Positions 49,352-57,333 of a stretch of 64,000 nt of DNA are shown in pieces. The position numbers and the translations under genes are program-made. The stretch spans positions 548 to 64,547 of the forward strand of contig JBFMCF010000054.1 in the NCBI GenBank assembly GCA_040754625.1, in the 5' to 3' direction. This DNA comes from a bacterium (GTDB lineage: Bacteria; JACRDZ01; JAQUKH01). How positions within the stretch are numbered: position 1 is the first letter of the stretch; the number at the start of each line of letters is the position of its first letter. The notes beneath the pieces were generated by a model. That model was not told where the DNA came from. It was given only the letters and a program-made list of their open reading frames with translations, and did no database searches.

Positions 49352-49732
49352 TTATTTTACCACAGCAGAGGGTATATTTGGACTTTTAGGATTAACAGTT
49401 ACTTTTCTTCTTGAGGGATGCACAACTAAATCCATGTCTTCCATAGGCACTGCACCCATTAGTACAGAATCACCTAATACTAATGCCCCTGTAAAACAAG
49501 TACGATTTGCGAATTTTATTTGAACAGGGCCGACATAGGGAACTACTAATGATTTACCGTCTGCTGTTGTAACTTCTCTTTTTTCGATTTCTTCTAGTTC
49601 AAGCTGCACCATCAAGTGTTCAGGTATGCATAATGTCATTGCACCGGTATCAACCATCGCACTAACTTCCAGAGATTTTAATTTTGTTTTCCGTGGATTT
49701 GAAAGAACTATATTTGTATATACTAAACCCAT
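49352..49732 (-). CDS. retropepsin-like (clan AA) aspartic protease
   Basis: 126 aa. The catalytic motif ...AMVDTGAMTLCIP... is present. Confidence 0.65.
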   Translation of the reverse strand: MGLVYTNIVLSNPRKTKLKSLEVSAMVDTGAMTLCIPEHLMVQLELEEIEKREVTTADGKSLVVPYVGPVQIKFANRTCFTGALVLGDSVLMGAVPMEDMDLVVHPSRRKVTVNPKSPNIPSAVVK

Positions 49733-49800
49733 GATTAATTCCTCCTCTAAAGAAAGTATATCACAGCTTTTTCAAAAATTTTGATATTTTTAATAATCGA

Positions 49801-50001
49801 TTAATTCTTTGTAGAGTAGAACACTGGCGCAATACCAAGAGCAGCTTCCTGGATACTATATTCTTCAGGATATTTTTGTATAATTTCCTCGTATTGTTTT
49901 ATTGCATTGTCATATTGCCCAATATTACGATACGATTCTGCAATTTTGAGTTTAACTTCGGGAACACGGTTATCATTTGGAAATAATTGAATAAAATTCA
50001 T
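49801..50001 (-). CDS. short TPR-like fragment
   Basis: 66 aa. A single TPR-like helix pair (...AESYRNIGQYDNAIKQYEEIIQKYP...). Confidence 0.3.
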   Translation of the reverse strand: MNFIQLFPNDNRVPEVKLKIAESYRNIGQYDNAIKQYEEIIQKYPEEYSIQEAALGIAPVFYSTKN

Positions 50002-50003
50002 GA

Positions 50004-50030
50004 TTAGAAATAATATATTAAACCTGAGCT
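50004..50030. repeat. 27-bp direct repeat, copy 2 (encodes the C-terminal SSGLIYYF of the 50004..50762 protein)
   Basis: Identical to 49191..49217. Confidence 0.7.
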
Positions 50031-50762
50031 TGTGACCCTGTTATGGCCTAACCCGCTTTCGGCAACCGCGCTGATTTTATCAGAAATATTATACCTGCCT
50101 CCGAACAATGGAGAATAATTTCCTTCACGTTCGCCGTCAACTTTTTCGTTTGTTATAGAATTTTTCAGCCGGTTTTTTCCGCTATACGCGCGGAGCCCCC
50201 CGTAAATCCCGAATTTATCCGCCACTTTTGTCTCAATAATAAGAGCGGATTGGATCTCGGAAATGATAAAAACCGAATCTCTGCCTTTTTCGTTTTCGGT
50301 TTTTTGAAGAAGCCCGTAGGACATGGAATAACTTACCAGAAAATAAGAGTTTATTGGTTCAATAAATTTCGGCAGTTCATATCCAATACCAGCCCCGTAA
50401 ATAATTCCGCCGCTTCCCCTGAACCCGTTTGAATCATTAAGTTTAGTTGAGACTGGCAATCCGATATTGGCCTGAATCGTGCACTTTTCAAAAAGCGAAT
50501 ACCCGTACTTCAGAAGCAGGGCGCTTTGCCCCAGATTAAACTGTTCCCCACCTATTTTTTCATGACTGGAACCATACGATCCGGCCAAAGAAATATGCGG
50601 CCGGCTTTTTTCTCCCTGCGTAATAGCGCAGCAGGCCCCTGACGCGAAGACTTTCCGCGGCAGGAATCCGCTCACTGAAATACTTATTACGACTAACGCT
50701 AAAAAAGTGTATTTTAATCTGTTTGGCATATATCCCTCTTTATGTTTTATTATTCGGGTCAT
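50004..50762 (-). CDS. outer-membrane beta-barrel protein (C-terminal ...YYF signature)
   Basis: 252 aa with a signal peptide and a terminal aromatic residue. Confidence 0.5.
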   Translation of the reverse strand: MTRIIKHKEGYMPNRLKYTFLALVVISISVSGFLPRKVFASGACCAITQGEKSRPHISLAGSYGSSHEKIGGEQFNLGQSALLLKYGYSLFEKCTIQANIGLPVSTKLNDSNGFRGSGGIIYGAGIGYELPKFIEPINSYFLVSYSMSYGLLQKTENEKGRDSVFIISEIQSALIIETKVADKFGIYGGLRAYSGKNRLKNSITNEKVDGEREGNYSPLFGGRYNISDKISAVAESGLGHNRVTSSGLIYYF

Positions 50763-50875
50763 TGTCGAATTTCGCTTTGTATTCTGTTTCTAAAGATTCT
50801 ATTATTGTAATCTATTTTCAAATTATAAATGGATCTTTTTGGTTTACCTCATGAACAAAGGCAGGGTCACACTCA

Positions 50876-51598
50876 TTAAAACCATCTTGTAAATCCAAGA
50901 TTCAATCCGAAATCCGGCCCACCTTTGTTGAGGCCGACAAAATTGCTGTATTTTATGGAATAATCTTTATTCAAGATATGAAAGAGACTGAAATTAAGCT
51001 CTAACGGATTTTTTTCGCCTGTAATAATCGCCCGTCTCCCATCCAGTGAAACTTCAATGTCCGTCTTGCCAAAAATACGTGACGCTCCAATACTGTAAAG
51101 ATAAATATCATTGTAATCAAACTCCCCATCACCTGTTTTTATGTAACCCGCCCTCACAGAAAACCTGTTTTTATTAACTCTTTTGGACATCTCGGCAAAA
51201 GCGCCGTAATCTATTTCCCCAGTGCCTAATCCCTTACCTTCATCCGCAAGCGGCAGTTTGACAGCAAGAGACCCATAAAGTGAAATTTTACCCGGGTTGT
51301 CTCCTGAAAGCAAACTGCCGCCCCTGATTACGAGGTCTCCCGCTCCCGCTTCGGTGCCGGACATCCCTGAATCTGAGTTACGCAAGACAAGAAATGAGCC
51401 TGACATACTTACATCATATTGAGGCGCGATATACCCAAATCCGGGAGAAAAATAAAACAGGTTTGAGCGCGTCGATGTTCCAAAATCACCTGTTTTGAAA
51501 CCCGAATTTATATCAAAATAATAACGGCCGTCATCAGCCCTGGCAGAAGCATAAATCGCGGCAGAAAACAGCAACAGGAAAAATGTTGAATATTTCAT
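50876..51598 (-). CDS. outer-membrane beta-barrel protein (C-terminal ...RWF)
   Basis: 240 aa with a signal peptide and a terminal F. Confidence 0.5.
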   Translation of the reverse strand: MKYSTFFLLLFSAAIYASARADDGRYYFDINSGFKTGDFGTSTRSNLFYFSPGFGYIAPQYDVSMSGSFLVLRNSDSGMSGTEAGAGDLVIRGGSLLSGDNPGKISLYGSLAVKLPLADEGKGLGTGEIDYGAFAEMSKRVNKNRFSVRAGYIKTGDGEFDYNDIYLYSIGASRIFGKTDIEVSLDGRRAIITGEKNPLELNFSLFHILNKDYSIKYSNFVGLNKGGPDFGLNLGFTRWF

Positions 51599-52033
51599 TT
51601 ATTTATTTTTTTGCTCTTTTTGCATATCCTTCATCTTTGATTCCAGGTTTTCCATCTTTTCCTGCATCTTTTTTGTCATTTCGTGGTCCATTTCACCTTT
51701 ATCCATTTGCGCTGCCATGTCTTTCATCATGCCCGACATTTCATTCATCATCTTTGACATATCTTTCATTTTTTCATGGTCCATTGATTTCATATTTTCC
51801 ATATTGGTGGTAATATTTTTCATCATTTCATTCATCTTTCCCATCATTTGAGACATATCACGCATCATATTTTGATTCATCATCTGGCCGGACATCATCT
51901 GTGATGAATGCTGGCCGCCCATATCGCCCTTGTCTTCCCCGCCGCCCATCATTCCGCCACCGTCATGCATCTGGGACATTGAAACTGAACCAAGTAAAAT
52001 CAAAACCCAAACAACCATACTTAATCTTTTCAT
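51599..52033 (-). CDS. methionine-rich periplasmic protein (SilE/PcoE-like metal sponge candidate)
   Basis: Start set at MKRLSMVVWVLILLG (signal peptide) with GGAG 6 nt upstream. The ORF track extends to 52159. The mature part is dominated by Met in MxxM/MMxxM spacing. Confidence 0.6.
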   Translation of the reverse strand: MKRLSMVVWVLILLGSVSMSQMHDGGGMMGGGEDKGDMGGQHSSQMMSGQMMNQNMMRDMSQMMGKMNEMMKNITTNMENMKSMDHEKMKDMSKMMNEMSGMMKDMAAQMDKGEMDHEMTKKMQEKMENLESKMKDMQKEQKNK

Positions 52034-52341
52034 TCGAATCTCCTTTCTTTTTCTATTTTTCTTGAACCTCCTTATTTTCAGGGGGCCGCGTTTCCGGTTT
52101 TGGATGGACCTTTGTTCCTCCGCAGCAATCAGGAGATTGTCCCCCAAAATTTTTCTCATTAGATTCCGCCAATTTTCCCAGCCATTTTTTAATCCATTTT
52201 ATCATAATTTTCCTATTATTTTGATTTATATACACGAATGACCACCGGTAAAACTTACGATTCTCAATAAAAATAACGATAAAGGGATGGGTTCTTACAG
52301 TGGTCATCCGCGTATTATTGCATCTGATATTTTATTATTTC

Positions 52342-52854
52342 TTATTCCTTGATATATTTTTTCGGGTCCTTGTCGAATTTTTCTTTACAGGCCTTTGAAC
52401 AGAAATAATAGGTTTTCCCGCCATACACCGAAGTCGCGTCCGCCTCCTCAGAATTGATTTCCATTTTGCAGACAGGGTCTTTGACTTTCATATTCATTTT
52501 GCCCTCCTTTTTCTGGTTTTCCTCTTCTATTTTTTTTATAAATTTTTCAGGGTCCTTTTTGAATTCGTCGATACATGCCGCGCAGCAGAAATCATAAATC
52601 TTCCCCTTGTATTCATAAGCGACCTTTGTTTTTTCGTCAATCTTATCACCGGTCACAGGGCATATGATATTTCCGATATTTTCAGGCTCAACCGCCCTGT
52701 TAATCACAATATCTTTTCCACCTGTCTTTGTTTCCTTGTGTTTTGAACTGCTGTGTCCGGCATGGCCGTCATCCTTCGCGCAGCAATCCATCGCGAAGAT
52801 ACTGATTTGCGCGAATAATAAAAATCCGATTAATAAAATAATGTTTTTTTTCAT
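52342..52854 (-). CDS. secreted protein with two YHS/TRASH-like metal-binding domains
   Basis: Start set at MKKNIILLIGF... (signal peptide). Two ...YxGKxYYFC(S/C)xAC...F..DP.K... modules. Confidence 0.7.
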   Translation of the reverse strand: MKKNIILLIGFLLFAQISIFAMDCCAKDDGHAGHSSSKHKETKTGGKDIVINRAVEPENIGNIICPVTGDKIDEKTKVAYEYKGKIYDFCCAACIDEFKKDPEKFIKKIEEENQKKEGKMNMKVKDPVCKMEINSEEADATSVYGGKTYYFCSKACKEKFDKDPKKYIKE

Positions 52855-52866
52855 ATTTTGTCCTTT

Positions 52867-52938
52867 CGTAGGGGCTGGGTTTCCCAGCCCTATATTATTA
52901 CATTTGTTTAATAAAGGGCGAGGCAACCTCGCCCCTAC
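52867..52938 (-). repeat. structured intergenic element, family GTAGGGG-[hairpin]-AT-rich-[hairpin]-CCCCTACA, copy A
   Basis: Outer stem GTAGGGG/CCCCTAC encloses the hairpins GGGCTGGG-TTT-CCCAGCCC and GGGCGAGG-CAA-CCTCGCCC. Confidence 0.55.
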
Positions 52939-52944
52939 AAAAAT

Positions 52945-53643
52945 TTAATGATAATACAAACTCGATTCTTCTTTCGGAATAATTTTTCCGTCCTGTAAAT
53001 GGATTATCCTCTGCGTCATGCCCGCCAATTCCAGGTCGTGCGTGGCGATAAATATCGCGATCCCTTTTTTCGCCAGCTGATTAAACAAAACCAGTAACTG
53101 GTCCCTGACTTTCAGTTCAAGCTTCCCAGTGGGTTCATCCGCGATTAAAAGCTTCGGATCGTTAATCAGCGCCCTGGCGATCGCCATACGCTGTTTATCC
53201 CCGCCTGAAAGCATATACGCGGGTATGTTTTCCCTGCCTTTTAAACCAACGTCTTCTATAACTTTATATATTTTTTCTTTTTCTATCGGTTTCTTGGCAA
53301 ATACCAGGGGCAGTTCCACATTTTCCACGGCGAAAAGATTTGGTATGAGATAGAACTGCTGAAAAATAAATCCAAGATAATTGCGCCGGACATTAATCAA
53401 CTGGGATTCGTTGAAATGCGTGACATCCTCACCGCCGACATCCAGGGTGCCTGATGTGGCCGTATCCAGGCAGCTTATAAGATTCATCAATGTGGTCTTG
53501 CCCGAGCCCGACGGCCCGACAATCGAAACAATCTCGCCTTTCTTAATTGAAAAATCCACACCGTCCAGGGCCTTGACGGTCTCTGAACCGCGGGTATAAT
53601 ATTTTTTTAGGCTTTTTGCTTCTAATACTATATCATTAATCAT
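52945..53643 (-). CDS. ABC transporter ATP-binding protein (LolD/MacB-type)
   Basis: 232 aa. Walker A GPSGSGKTT, signature LSGGDKQR, Walker B LLIADEPTG. Confidence 0.85.
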   Translation of the reverse strand: MINDIVLEAKSLKKYYTRGSETVKALDGVDFSIKKGEIVSIVGPSGSGKTTLMNLISCLDTATSGTLDVGGEDVTHFNESQLINVRRNYLGFIFQQFYLIPNLFAVENVELPLVFAKKPIEKEKIYKVIEDVGLKGRENIPAYMLSGGDKQRMAIARALINDPKLLIADEPTGKLELKVRDQLLVLFNQLAKKGIAIFIATHDLELAGMTQRIIHLQDGKIIPKEESSLYYH

Positions 53644-53661
53644 TTGACACCTCTTTTTTCT

Positions 53662-53704
53662 AACCGTTTAAACAGTTCAAGCAGTTTAAACGGTTTAAAC
53701 CGTT
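53662..53704. repeat. array of palindromic CGTTTAAAC(A/G)GTT repeats (contains the perfect 16-bp palindrome AACGGTTTAAACCGTT), copy 1
   Basis: Read directly. Lies between the two ABC ATPase genes and overlaps the stop codon of the upstream one. Confidence 0.5.
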
Positions 53705-54389
53705 ATTTAACAATTTCATCCTTCTCAATCCGCCCCTCGCGCAAATGCACAACCCTATCCGCCTGGTAAGCCAGTTTCACATTATGCGTCGCGGCTATTA
53801 TCGTGATATTTTCTTCTTTGCCAAGTTCCCTGAATAAATCATAAATTCCCTGCGCGTTTTTTGTGTCAAGATTACCAGTTGGCTCATCAGCCAGGACAAT
53901 ATCCGGTTTGTTGGCCAGCGCGCGCGCAACAGCCGTCCTCTGCATCTCGCCGCCTGACATTTCTTTCGGCAGATGGTTCATTCTTTTTCCGAGCCCCACT
54001 CTTTCCATTAAATGCTTAGCCCAGCTCAGGTCTTTTTTGTTGGCGAACATCATGGGTAATTGCACATTCTCAAGGGCTGTCAGTTCTTTAACGAGGAAAA
54101 ATTCCTGGAATACAAATCCCAGGTGATGAAGCCTTAAGTCACGCATACGAGAGTCATCAAACAAATTAAGATTTTGGCCCATAACCGTCAAATTACCGTC
54201 CGTTACATGATCAAGGCACCCGGCAAGATTTAGAAATGTGGTTTTCCCGGCGCCTGACGGCCCCATTATCGAAATAAACTCACCTTTGTTTATAGTAAGC
54301 TCTATTCCTTTAAGCGCGACAATCTCTTCCGCGTAAAGGCGATAGACCTTTTTCAATCCTTTTGTAGTTATAACTTGTGTATTTTCCAT
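53703..54389 (-). CDS. ABC transporter ATP-binding protein (paralogue of 52945..53643)
   Basis: 228 aa. GPSGAGKTT, LSGGEMQR, IVLADEPTG. Confidence 0.85.
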   Translation of the reverse strand: MENTQVITTKGLKKVYRLYAEEIVALKGIELTINKGEFISIMGPSGAGKTTFLNLAGCLDHVTDGNLTVMGQNLNLFDDSRMRDLRLHHLGFVFQEFFLVKELTALENVQLPMMFANKKDLSWAKHLMERVGLGKRMNHLPKEMSGGEMQRTAVARALANKPDIVLADEPTGNLDTKNAQGIYDLFRELGKEENITIIAATHNVKLAYQADRVVHLREGRIEKDEIVK

Positions 54390-54409
54390 ATTAACCTCCT
54401 GATATTTAA

Positions 54410-54478
54410 AAACGGTTTAAACAGTTTTTAAATAAACCCGTTTAAACGGTTTGAACAGTTTAAACGGTTTAAACCGTT
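54410..54478. repeat. array of palindromic GTTTAAAC repeats, copy 2 (4-5 units)
   Basis: AAACGGTTTAAACAGTT...CCCGTTTAAACGGTTTGAACAGTTTAAACGGTTTAAACCGTT between the permease stop and the ATPase-2 RBS. Confidence 0.5.
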
Positions 54479-54481
54479 TTA

Positions 54482-56251
54482 TTATTCCCCGCTCCTTATC
54501 GCTTCAATCGGCCGCATCTTCGCCGCGCGGTATGCGGGCCATATTCCCGACAAAACTCCAAGGACAATCGCACCGAGAAATGAACCGATGATTATCCCAG
54601 GCGTGAAATTTATTATCTGGCCGGCCGGGACATAACCCGCTTTGGACATTACCGCCCTGATTAATTTTTCAATAAAACTTCCGCCGAACACGGCAATGAC
54701 CGTCCCGAAAATACCCCCAAAAACACAGATAATAATTGTCTCAAGCCAGATAAGCTTGAATATATCCATACGTGACGCTCCAATCGCCTTCATTATCCCT
54801 ATTTCCTGGGTGCGTTCAAACACACTCATTAAAATAGTATTCATTACCCCGATCAGCGCGACAAAAATCGCGATAAACGCCACGGACATAACGAGGATCT
54901 TCGCGGTCTGCACGAGATTGAGAATCGTCCCTTTCACCTCCGCCAAACTTACAACCTGCGTTTCGCCCAATTCCTTGCGGTTGTATATCCTGTCGGTAAA
55001 AAGCGGGAGCTGGGCAAGGTTATTCAGCCTGACCCCGATACCTGTCAGCATTTTGTGTTTTCTGAAAATCCTCTGCGCCTCTTCAAGCTGGATAAAATAC
55101 GAACCGTCATCCTTCCCGCCGCCTCTTTCCAAAATTCCGACTACCCTGAAGGTATAAGAAGTCAACACGGGTCTCTCCACTTCCTTTTCAATTTCTTTTG
55201 ATTTCCCGCTGGCGGGATCCGTGATTTTTTCCTTTACCTTTTCCCTCGCCATTTCTTTGACCTTGATTGTCAGCTTCTGGCCGACCTGGACAAACCCGGT
55301 CTGCGCGGCCTCCCAGCCGACAACCATTTCGATCTCGCCTTCTTTATCATAGTCAACGATTTTCGGACTTCCTTTTGGATCGACGGCCACCATATCCATA
55401 TCGATTTCCTCGGCATTCGGATACGCCAAATCTATATTCCCGACATTGTAGCTGTCTTTTGTCTCATTAATAATTACACCGACAACTTTACTCCCGTCTT
55501 TTAACGATAATTCATCTTTTGTTTCATCGCCTCTTTTTATCGTATTCACGGCTTCCACATCCAATTTATTATACAATCTTGACGGAAGTATGACCTTTAT
55601 TGTCGAGACGATCTTCTTTTTCTCGATAAAATCGCCGCTAACAGGGTCAAGCTCTGTCCCAACAACTTTTTCATATTTTCCTTCACCTGTAATCAAACCT
55701 TTCAACACTTTGCCGTTTTTCAAATATATCTCGTCCGCTTTAACCTCGCGGGTGTTAAACCACCTGCCCATGGGGCCGTCTATTTCTTTTTCAGTCTCAT
55801 TGCCCGATGAATCAACAACCCTTTCTTTATGTTTTCCCGATGCTATCAACATCATCGGGCGAAGTTTTGTGTAACTTTCCATATCTATACCCCAGAATGT
55901 GTAAAATCCATCCCCGTTTTCTTTAATTAACGGGTTCATTAACATCGGGGTAAGTTCGGCGACCTCCTTGTCCTGTTTTATTTTTGCTATCGTGTCATCT
56001 GTAAGATACCGAAGCGCCCCTGTCCCCGCCAAAGCCACTGTCGCCAATTCGTAAGGACACCCCTTGGCGGTGATTAAGACCTGGTATCCCATGCCGGAAA
56101 CGTCCTTTTCCAGCGCGATGCGATACCCCGAATTAAACCCTAAAAGGCTAACCAAAACCGCCACCGCCACACCCACACCTCCAATTGTCAATAACGACCT
56201 TATTTTCCGCCTGTATAAATTTTTATAGGCCAGATTTAAATATTTTTGCAT
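54482..56251 (-). CDS. ABC transporter permease, MacB/FtsX-like with large periplasmic domain
   Basis: 589 aa. N-terminal TM, a periplasmic domain of about 350 aa and a C-terminal FtsX 3-TM bundle. Confidence 0.8.
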   Translation of the reverse strand: MQKYLNLAYKNLYRRKIRSLLTIGGVGVAVAVLVSLLGFNSGYRIALEKDVSGMGYQVLITAKGCPYELATVALAGTGALRYLTDDTIAKIKQDKEVAELTPMLMNPLIKENGDGFYTFWGIDMESYTKLRPMMLIASGKHKERVVDSSGNETEKEIDGPMGRWFNTREVKADEIYLKNGKVLKGLITGEGKYEKVVGTELDPVSGDFIEKKKIVSTIKVILPSRLYNKLDVEAVNTIKRGDETKDELSLKDGSKVVGVIINETKDSYNVGNIDLAYPNAEEIDMDMVAVDPKGSPKIVDYDKEGEIEMVVGWEAAQTGFVQVGQKLTIKVKEMAREKVKEKITDPASGKSKEIEKEVERPVLTSYTFRVVGILERGGGKDDGSYFIQLEEAQRIFRKHKMLTGIGVRLNNLAQLPLFTDRIYNRKELGETQVVSLAEVKGTILNLVQTAKILVMSVAFIAIFVALIGVMNTILMSVFERTQEIGIMKAIGASRMDIFKLIWLETIIICVFGGIFGTVIAVFGGSFIEKLIRAVMSKAGYVPAGQIINFTPGIIIGSFLGAIVLGVLSGIWPAYRAAKMRPIEAIRSGE

Positions 56252-56267
56252 TGTAATCTCCTCTGTT

Positions 56268-56349
56268 GTAGGGGCGAACCCCCGTGTTCGCCCTTAATAT
56301 AACGGTATTCGTTCCATTATTTGGGCAGACACAGGGGGCTGCCCCTACA
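56268..56349 (-). repeat. structured intergenic element, family GTAGGGG...CCCCTACA, copy B
   Basis: GTAGGGG-CGAAC-CCCCGT-GTTCG-CCC ... GGGCAG-...-CTGCCC-CTACA. Same architecture as copy A, with different compensatory stems. Confidence 0.55.
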
Positions 56350-56351
56350 TT

Positions 56352-56837
56352 TTACTGTTTTAGATAATTCTCTATCTCTCTAATATCAATGTTTAACTTT
56401 TTTATCAATCCATCCTTATTAATCAAAATATTTGTCGGAATCGCGCGCACCATATAAAGGTTCCCTGTCTTTCCTTTTGAATCCAGCAATATTTTGTATT
56501 TTATTCCGCTCGCCCGGACAAAGGATTGGACTGTTTCTTTTGGTTCCTCCAGATTTATCCCTACAATCTCTATTTTATCTTTATATTTTTCAGCAAATTC
56601 ATTTAAACGCGGTATCTCCTCTCGGCACGAGGGGCACCAGCTTGCCCAGAAATTCAGGATTATCTCTTTTCCATTTAAAAGGCTTTCCAGAGAAATTTCA
56701 TTGCCGTCCAAATCCAGAATGGAAAAATCAGGGGCTTCGTCTCCAACCGCCATAAACCGCGGTTTTGGGCCGCTGCAGCCCATAAAAAGCATGGAGCATA
56801 GAGCATAGAGCATGGGAATCAAAATAATTTTTTTCAT
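56352..56837 (-). CDS. TlpA/ResA-like thiol:disulfide oxidoreductase
   Basis: 161 aa with a lipoprotein signal peptide. WASWCPSC thioredoxin motif. Confidence 0.8.
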   Translation of the reverse strand: MKKIILIPMLYALCSMLFMGCSGPKPRFMAVGDEAPDFSILDLDGNEISLESLLNGKEIILNFWASWCPSCREEIPRLNEFAEKYKDKIEIVGINLEEPKETVQSFVRASGIKYKILLDSKGKTGNLYMVRAIPTNILINKDGLIKKLNIDIREIENYLKQ

Positions 56838-56885
56838 AAAGTTTAACTATCCTCCTCTAACCTCTCTTAATCTACCCTTATCAGG

Positions 56886-56926
56886 GGAGAAACCGATTAT
56901 CCCCCTGATAAGGGGGAATAAAAGGG
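56886..56926 (-). other. long GC-rich hairpin (CCCTTATCAGGGG...CCCCCTGATAAGGGGG)
   Basis: 12-bp inverted repeat with a 12-13-nt loop, between the 134-aa lipoprotein gene and tlpA. Confidence 0.35.
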
Positions 56927-56928
56927 GG

Positions 56929-57333
56929 TTATTTTATCACCAACCCCTTCGCCAGGACCTTCGTCTCTTTCGGTTCCCCTTCAGTCTGATAAACCAGACC
57001 CCTGACAATCACATTCCTGCCGACCCTTTGAGGGATTGTTATCGGGGTCCCGTGCATTTCAATGTAAATCATGGCGCCGTCTTTATCGCGGATATTTACC
57101 CATCCGCCGGTAGGGCATTCAGTGCCTATCTGGCCCTCAACAATGACCTCGTTATTAACATAGTCCTGAGGGTTGACCAAAAGGCTCCCGATTGCCGTCC
57201 TTGGCGCGTTTTCATCAACCGCCTCGCCGAATTTTTCCGTTTTCGGGCCGCAGCCCACAAAGTATAAAGTGATAAGTGTCAAGTTTAAAACAAGAATAAA
57301 AAACATTACCTTCCTAAAATTTTTCCCAATCAT
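56929..57333 (-). CDS. hypothetical lipoprotein (possible metal-binding)
   Basis: 134 aa. Lipobox VGC. Several Cys, His and Met residues. Confidence 0.4.
   Translation of the reverse strand: MIGKNFRKVMFFILVLNLTLITLYFVGCGPKTEKFGEAVDENAPRTAIGSLLVNPQDYVNNEVIVEGQIGTECPTGGWVNIRDKDGAMIYIEMHGTPITIPQRVGRNVIVRGLVYQTEGEPKETKVLAKGLVIK

Noticed and set aside
52053-52307. 84-aa ORF with a CCGG motif upstream of the Met-rich gene
   Set aside because: It overlaps the upstream extension of the Met-rich ORF in another frame and has no RBS. Probably non-coding 5' UTR. A small Cys protein cannot be fully excluded.
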